Position numbers and translations under genes: made by a program
Origin: Chloroflexia bacterium
GTDB taxonomy: Bacteria > Chloroflexota > Chloroflexia > DTKN01
Assembly (NCBI GenBank): GCA_034433695.1
Contig: DAOUAK010000160.1
Location: 1-63,929, forward strand
Direction of reading: 5' to 3'
DNA length: 63,929 bases
Notes under the pieces: model-generated
Database searches by the model: none
Told to the model about the DNA's origin: nothing
Seen by the model: the letters and a program-made list of their open reading frames with translations, nothing else
Shown here: one piece after another, positions 59,955 to 63,929 of the stretch
How the letters are laid out: each line of letters starts with the position of its first letter
How positions within the stretch are numbered: position 1 is the stretch's first letter

Positions 59955-60757
59955 GCGCTCAGGTCGTCCTGATCACCGGGGCTTCGTCTGGCATCGGGCA
60001 GGCCTGTGCCCGACATCTGGCCCGCCAGGGCTACCGCGTCTTTGGGACCAGCCGACGGCCGGATGCCTCTGCCACGGGCTTTACGATGATTCCGATGGAC
60101 GTAACCGACGATGGGTCTGTCCGCCGGGGGGTGGAGGAGGTGATGAGACAGGCCGGCCGGCTGGATGTGCTGGTGAACAACGCCGGCTTTGGCATCGCCG
60201 GCGCCGTCGAAGATACATCGCCGGAAGAGGCCCGGGAACAACTGGAAACCAACTTCTTCGGCGTGCTGCGCCTCTGCCGGTCCGTACTGCCGATCATGCG
60301 GGCCCAGGGTTCGGGGACGATCGTCAACATCGGCTCCCTGGCCGGCCTGATCGCCCTCCCTTTCCAGGGCCTTTATAGCGCCTCCAAATTTGCCCTGGAG
60401 GGGTTGAGCGAGGCCCTGCGGATGGAGGTCCAGCCTTTTGGCATCCGCGTGGTGCTCATTGAGCCGGGCGACGTCCGGACAAACTTTACCTTCAGCCGCC
60501 GTCGGACGCGGGCCTCGGTCGCCTCACCGTATGCCGAGAGGATGGAGCGGGCCCTGGCCGTGGCCGAGCATGATGAGCAGCACGGCGTCTCCCCGGAGGC
60601 CGTGGCCCGCGTGCTGGGACACGTTCTGCGCCTCCGTCATCCCCGTCTGCGTTACCGGGCAGGAAACTTTTTCCAGAAGTTTGCCGCTTCGGCCAAGAGG
60701 TTTTTGCCGGAGGTCCTTTTCGAGTGGGCGGTGAAGAAGTATTACCGCCTAGGATAG
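59951..60757 (+). CDS. SDR-family oxidoreductase
   Basis: GTGA overlap with the deaminase stop. [12 protein letters not shown] and YSASKFAL motifs. Confidence 0.9.
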   Translation: MSAQVVLITGASSGIGQACARHLARQGYRVFGTSRRPDASATGFTMIPMDVTDDGSVRRGVEEVMRQAGRLDVLVNNAGFGIAGAVEDTSPEEAREQLETNFFGVLRLCRSVLPIMRAQGSGTIVNIGSLAGLIALPFQGLYSASKFALEGLSEALRMEVQPFGIRVVLIEPGDVRTNFTFSRRRTRASVASPYAERMERALAVAEHDEQHGVSPEAVARVLGHVLRLRHPRLRYRAGNFFQKFAASAKRFLPEVLFEWAVKKYYRLG

Positions 60758-62110
60758 GGGTTCACCCGGAGGGGTCCCCACACACAGTTCCCGGATAATG
60801 TCCCGGGCCATCTTGATTCCCAGCACCAGGTTCTCGATGGAGATACGTTCGTCGATCCCATGGGCCCGGCTGATGTCCTCCGGTTCCAGGACCATCGGGT
60901 CGAAGCCGTAGGCGGGATAGCCGCGCTGGCGGAAGTAACGCCCGTCGGTGCCACCGGTCATCAGGAGGGGATAAACGGTGCTTCCGGGCACGTGGCGCTC
61001 GACGGCCCGCGTTACGGCCCGGTAGAAGGCGCTGTCCAGAGGGGCAATGCCGGAAGGGGGTGAACTCTCCATCACTTCCACCCGGACTCGCTCGTCGGCG
61101 ATGCGTCCCTGGAGCCAGCGGTGGAACTCGGCGGCGTCGGTGTCCGGGAGCAACCGACAGTCGATCTCCGCCTCGGCCTGCTCCGGTATCACGTTGACCT
61201 TGTAGCCGGCCCGCAGTACCGTGAGGCTGACGGTGTCGCGCAGCATGGCATTGAGCCATTTATGGGCCGAAAGCCGCCGGCCGGCCAGTCGTAGACACCA
61301 GGGATGGGCAAGGAGACGGACCAGAGAGCGAGGAAACGTCTGCCCGCGCCCCAGGGCACGGAACATCTCTGCCGTGACCCCGTTCAGGCGCATCGGGCGA
61401 GGGGAGGAGAGGATGCGCTCCAGGGCCCGCAGAAGGGTAACGCAGGCATTGTCCGCATGCGGCATGGAGCCGTGCCCGGGCGTTCCCGTGGCCGTAAGCC
61501 GCAGATGCTGGATCTGGCGCTCCACAACGGCGATGCCAAAGAGGGTGCCTCGGCCGAAAATTCCCCGGATGCCTCCTCCTCCCTCATCCCAAACCCAGGC
61601 CGGGTCCAGTTCGGCCAGATGGTGTTCCACCAGCCAGCGCATACCGTTCTTTCCCCCCGTTTCCTCATCGGGGACGGCCAGAAAGATGACCGGGCGGCGG
61701 AAATCCCCCCCTTCCTTCCGAAGTTCCTGAAGCGCCAGCATGAAGATGACGCCCAGGCACTTGGTGTCCAGCGTGCCCCGTCCCCAGACGAAGCCGTCGG
61801 CCACCACTCCCTCGAAGGGAGGATGGGTCCACCGGGCAGGGTCGGCCGCAACCACGTCGATGTGGTGGTTGAGGAGGAGCGGCTTGAGCGGTTCGCTGCC
61901 GGGGATGCAGGCAATGAGCAGGCCGCGGCCGGGCATCGGCTCATACAGGGCCACATCCTGGCTGATGCCGCGCCGCACGATTTCGTCGCGTAGCCACTCG
62001 GCGGCGGGCAATTCGTTCCCGGGCGGGTTGGTCGTGTCGAATCGGACATAGCGGCTCAGAGTGTCCACCGCGTCCTGGCGGAGCGCTTCCCAATCGGTGG
62101 TGTAGGGCAT
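60749..62110 (-). CDS. M20-family metallopeptidase (ArgE/DapE/CPG2-like)
   Basis: ATG at 62110 has GAGGAAA upstream; the ORF-track start at 62137 is a TTG. HHIDVV, PDEETGG and GGTDGRYF motifs. Confidence 0.85.
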   Translation of the reverse strand: MPYTTDWEALRQDAVDTLSRYVRFDTTNPPGNELPAAEWLRDEIVRRGISQDVALYEPMPGRGLLIACIPGSEPLKPLLLNHHIDVVAADPARWTHPPFEGVVADGFVWGRGTLDTKCLGVIFMLALQELRKEGGDFRRPVIFLAVPDEETGGKNGMRWLVEHHLAELDPAWVWDEGGGGIRGIFGRGTLFGIAVVERQIQHLRLTATGTPGHGSMPHADNACVTLLRALERILSSPRPMRLNGVTAEMFRALGRGQTFPRSLVRLLAHPWCLRLAGRRLSAHKWLNAMLRDTVSLTVLRAGYKVNVIPEQAEAEIDCRLLPDTDAAEFHRWLQGRIADERVRVEVMESSPPSGIAPLDSAFYRAVTRAVERHVPGSTVYPLLMTGGTDGRYFRQRGYPAYGFDPMVLEPEDISRAHGIDERISIENLVLGIKMARDIIRELCVGTPPGEPLS

Positions 62111-62133
62111 GGTTTCCTCGCTTTCTGTGTGGC

Positions 62134-63336
62134 TCAATCACTGGCCATGATGAACAGAGGTTGCAACTGAAAACTGGTGTACTGGGGGCGCAACCGTTCG
62201 GTGTTGTAGTAGCGCTCCACATCTACCACCTTCTTGGAACTGATGACTACCTCGACGGGCACGTTGTCGTAGCGCCCGTTCTTCAGGACTACCATCCGGC
62301 CGTGGATACCCTTCAGGATGAGGTCCAGGGCCAGGTTGCCGTAGGCCATTGGGACGATGGAGTCGATGGCGTCCGGGTCGCCTCCCCGGACCATGTAACC
62401 CAGCCGCTGGGTGACGCACTCGACCGTCTGGCCGCTGTTATACCTGGGCGAGAGTTCCTTGAGTTTTGCTGCCACCAGGTCGCCGATGCCCCCCAGTTTG
62501 GCGTGCCCATAGGCATCGCGGGTCGTGTCTTGGAAGATCATCTCCCCGCCCTCGAACATCGCCCCCTCCGAGACCAGGACCACGGAGTAGCGGCTGGGGT
62601 TTCGGCGGCGATCTTCGGAAAGGAGTTCCGTCAGCCGCTCGATGTTGAACTTGTACTCGGGGATGACGCAGCGGTTGGCCGCGCCGGCCATGGTGGGGAG
62701 CATGGCGGTAAATCCGGCGTAACGCCCGAACACTTCCATCACCAGGAAGCGCTCATGGGAGCCGGCAATGGTGCGCAGGATGTTGCTCATCTGGATGGTA
62801 CGGGTCACGCAGGTGCTGAAGCCGATGCAGTAGTCCGTCCCCGGAACATCGTTGTCCATCGTCTTGGGGATGGCCACAAGTTTGACTCCCTCTCGGTAGA
62901 GCCGCACTGCATAACTGAGGGTGTCGTCGCCGCCGATGGGGATGAGGTAGTCGATGCCCAGGAAGTCGAGGTTTTTGAGCACTTCCGGCGTCAGATCGTT
63001 CTTCTCTTCCGTGTAGACATCCCGCAGGTGCTCCGGGAGGTCCTTTTGGGCGACCTGGGCCGGGTTGGTGCGCGAGGTATGGAGGAAGGTGCCGCCGGTG
63101 CGCCCGACCTTGTTGACGATCCCTTCGGTGAGCACCTGGTAGTTTTCGCTATTATCGGCCCCCTTGTCCCGGACGATGTCGATCAGGCCGGCCCAGCCCC
63201 GGCGAATGCCGATGACCTGGTAGCCCTCGCGAAGGGCGCGAATGGTGATCGCCCGGATGGCCGGATTCAAGCCGGGCACATCTCCGCCGCCGGTCAGGAT
63301 GCCGATGACCCCTCGGGTTTTACAGACATTCACCAT
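62134..63336 (-). CDS. pfk: 6-phosphofructokinase with PPi-type specificity residues
   Basis: ILTGGGDVPGLN, PIGGDDTLSYA (Asp at the position that is Gly in ATP-PFKs), IPKTMDNDV (Lys at the position that is Gly in ATP-PFKs). Confidence 0.9.
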   Translation of the reverse strand: MVNVCKTRGVIGILTGGGDVPGLNPAIRAITIRALREGYQVIGIRRGWAGLIDIVRDKGADNSENYQVLTEGIVNKVGRTGGTFLHTSRTNPAQVAQKDLPEHLRDVYTEEKNDLTPEVLKNLDFLGIDYLIPIGGDDTLSYAVRLYREGVKLVAIPKTMDNDVPGTDYCIGFSTCVTRTIQMSNILRTIAGSHERFLVMEVFGRYAGFTAMLPTMAGAANRCVIPEYKFNIERLTELLSEDRRRNPSRYSVVLVSEGAMFEGGEMIFQDTTRDAYGHAKLGGIGDLVAAKLKELSPRYNSGQTVECVTQRLGYMVRGGDPDAIDSIVPMAYGNLALDLILKGIHGRMVVLKNGRYDNVPVEVVISSKKVVDVERYYNTERLRPQYTSFQLQPLFIMASD

Positions 63337-63384
63337 CGTTCCACCTCCATCACCAGCCTGAAGGCATAAGCCATAGCCCGCTAT

Positions 63385-63412
63385 ATCCTACCATAACCGG
63401 CCCCAAAGTCAA
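63385..63412 (-). promoter_or_regulatory. candidate pfk promoter (TTGACT-16-TGgTAGGAT, minus strand)
   Basis: Reverse complement gives TTGACT (63412-63407), a 16-nt spacer, then TGg + TAGGAT (63393-63385). Confidence 0.3.
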
Positions 63413-63488
63413 GTGGGCGTATTCCCTCATGTAAAATGTTACCGAAATGCCTTCGTTCCCTCAAAAGATCATGTTACCGGAGGAAACC

Positions 63489-63929
63489 ATGACCGCAGAG
63501 GAAATGATGAACATTGACGAATGCTAAAAGTACCTGCGCATTCAAAGGCCACGCTATCTCGCCGCCAGCCGAAAAGAGAAGTAGGGGCGAGGCACGCATC
63601 GCCCCTACTGGACGAGATGGAAATGACAACCAGCTTGCATCGCAAGCACCTGATCCGGCTGATGAGCCATGAGCCCCAACGACGACCTCGCTCCAGGGAG
63701 CGGGGACCCCGCTACGGCCCGGAGGTAACCGACGCCCTGGCAGTCATCTGGGAAAGTAGCGATGACATCTGCGCTGAGCGCCTGACCCCCCAACCTGCTT
63801 CAGATGGCCCAGCACCTGGAAGCCCACGGCGAACTCTGCGTAACCCCGGAGCTCCAGGAACTCCTGGAACAAATCAGCCCTTCCACTGTGGAGCGCCGTC
63901 TGGCTCGGCTCCGCCAGGACCAACCTCAC
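63489..63929 (+). pseudogene. DDE transposase/integrase N-terminal region, disrupted (nonsense codon, palindrome insertion, frameshift)
   Basis: MTAEEMMNIDEC-TAA(63525)-KYLRIQRPRYLAASRKEK, then the 28-nt palindrome carrying TAG (63582). The frame then resumes as LDEMEMTTSLHRKHLIRLM...AVIWESSDDICAERLT. A C6 run at 63786-63791 shifts the frame before PNLLQMAQHLEAHGELCVTPELQELLEQISPSTVERRLARLRQDQPH. Confidence 0.6.
63581..63608. repeat. 28-nt GC-rich palindromic (REP-like) element, copy 2, inserted in the transposase pseudogene
   Basis: GTAGGGGCGA-GGCACGCA-TCGCCCCTAC. Removing 63582-63607 restores a continuous ...SRKEK|LDEMEM... reading frame. Confidence 0.75.

Larger units (their letters stand above)
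63436..63929 (+). mobile_element. left part of a decayed insertion sequence (continues beyond window)
   Basis: Direct ATGTTACCG repeats at 63436 and 63471 lie upstream of a transposase-like N-terminal reading frame. The exact left end is not defined. Confidence 0.4.

Overview
This is a high-GC bacterial chromosomal segment. Gene content, consensus TTGACA-17-TGnTAnAnT promoters and GC-rich palindromic repeats suggest a Chloroflexota-like thermophile, but that is inference only. Most of it is core genome: metG, cysS, rlmB, tRNA-Gly(CCC), a complete Pho locus (phoB/phoR, pstSCAB, phoU), ispE, glpD, rpoB, rpoC, a phosphofructokinase, psuG, and several kinases and peptidases. Many ORF-track starts are upstream in-frame extensions or alternative start codons, so I re-set them to ATG/GTG codons with Shine-Dalgarno support. 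Long antisense ORFs are treated as GC-driven shadow ORFs. Items worth a second look:
1. A promoter-led, translationally coupled seven-gene operon (28.4-36.1 kb). It encodes uncharacterised membrane proteins, a zinc-ribbon protein with LPxWL repeats, a GlmL-type actin-fold ATPase and a barrel-sandwich/KOW protein.
2. A four-helix-bundle (23S-IVS-type) gene bracketed by inverted heptamer arrays, inserted exactly at a gene junction.
3. A GlpK homologue with eroded catalytic loops next to a GAF histidine kinase.
4. A low-GC orphan BglII-like nuclease gene between rlmB and cysS.
5. A roughly 150-aa Cys-cluster insertion in RpoB.
6. A pseudo-receiver/Roadblock signalling cluster.
7. A 28-nt palindromic repeat that interrupts a decayed transposase gene.
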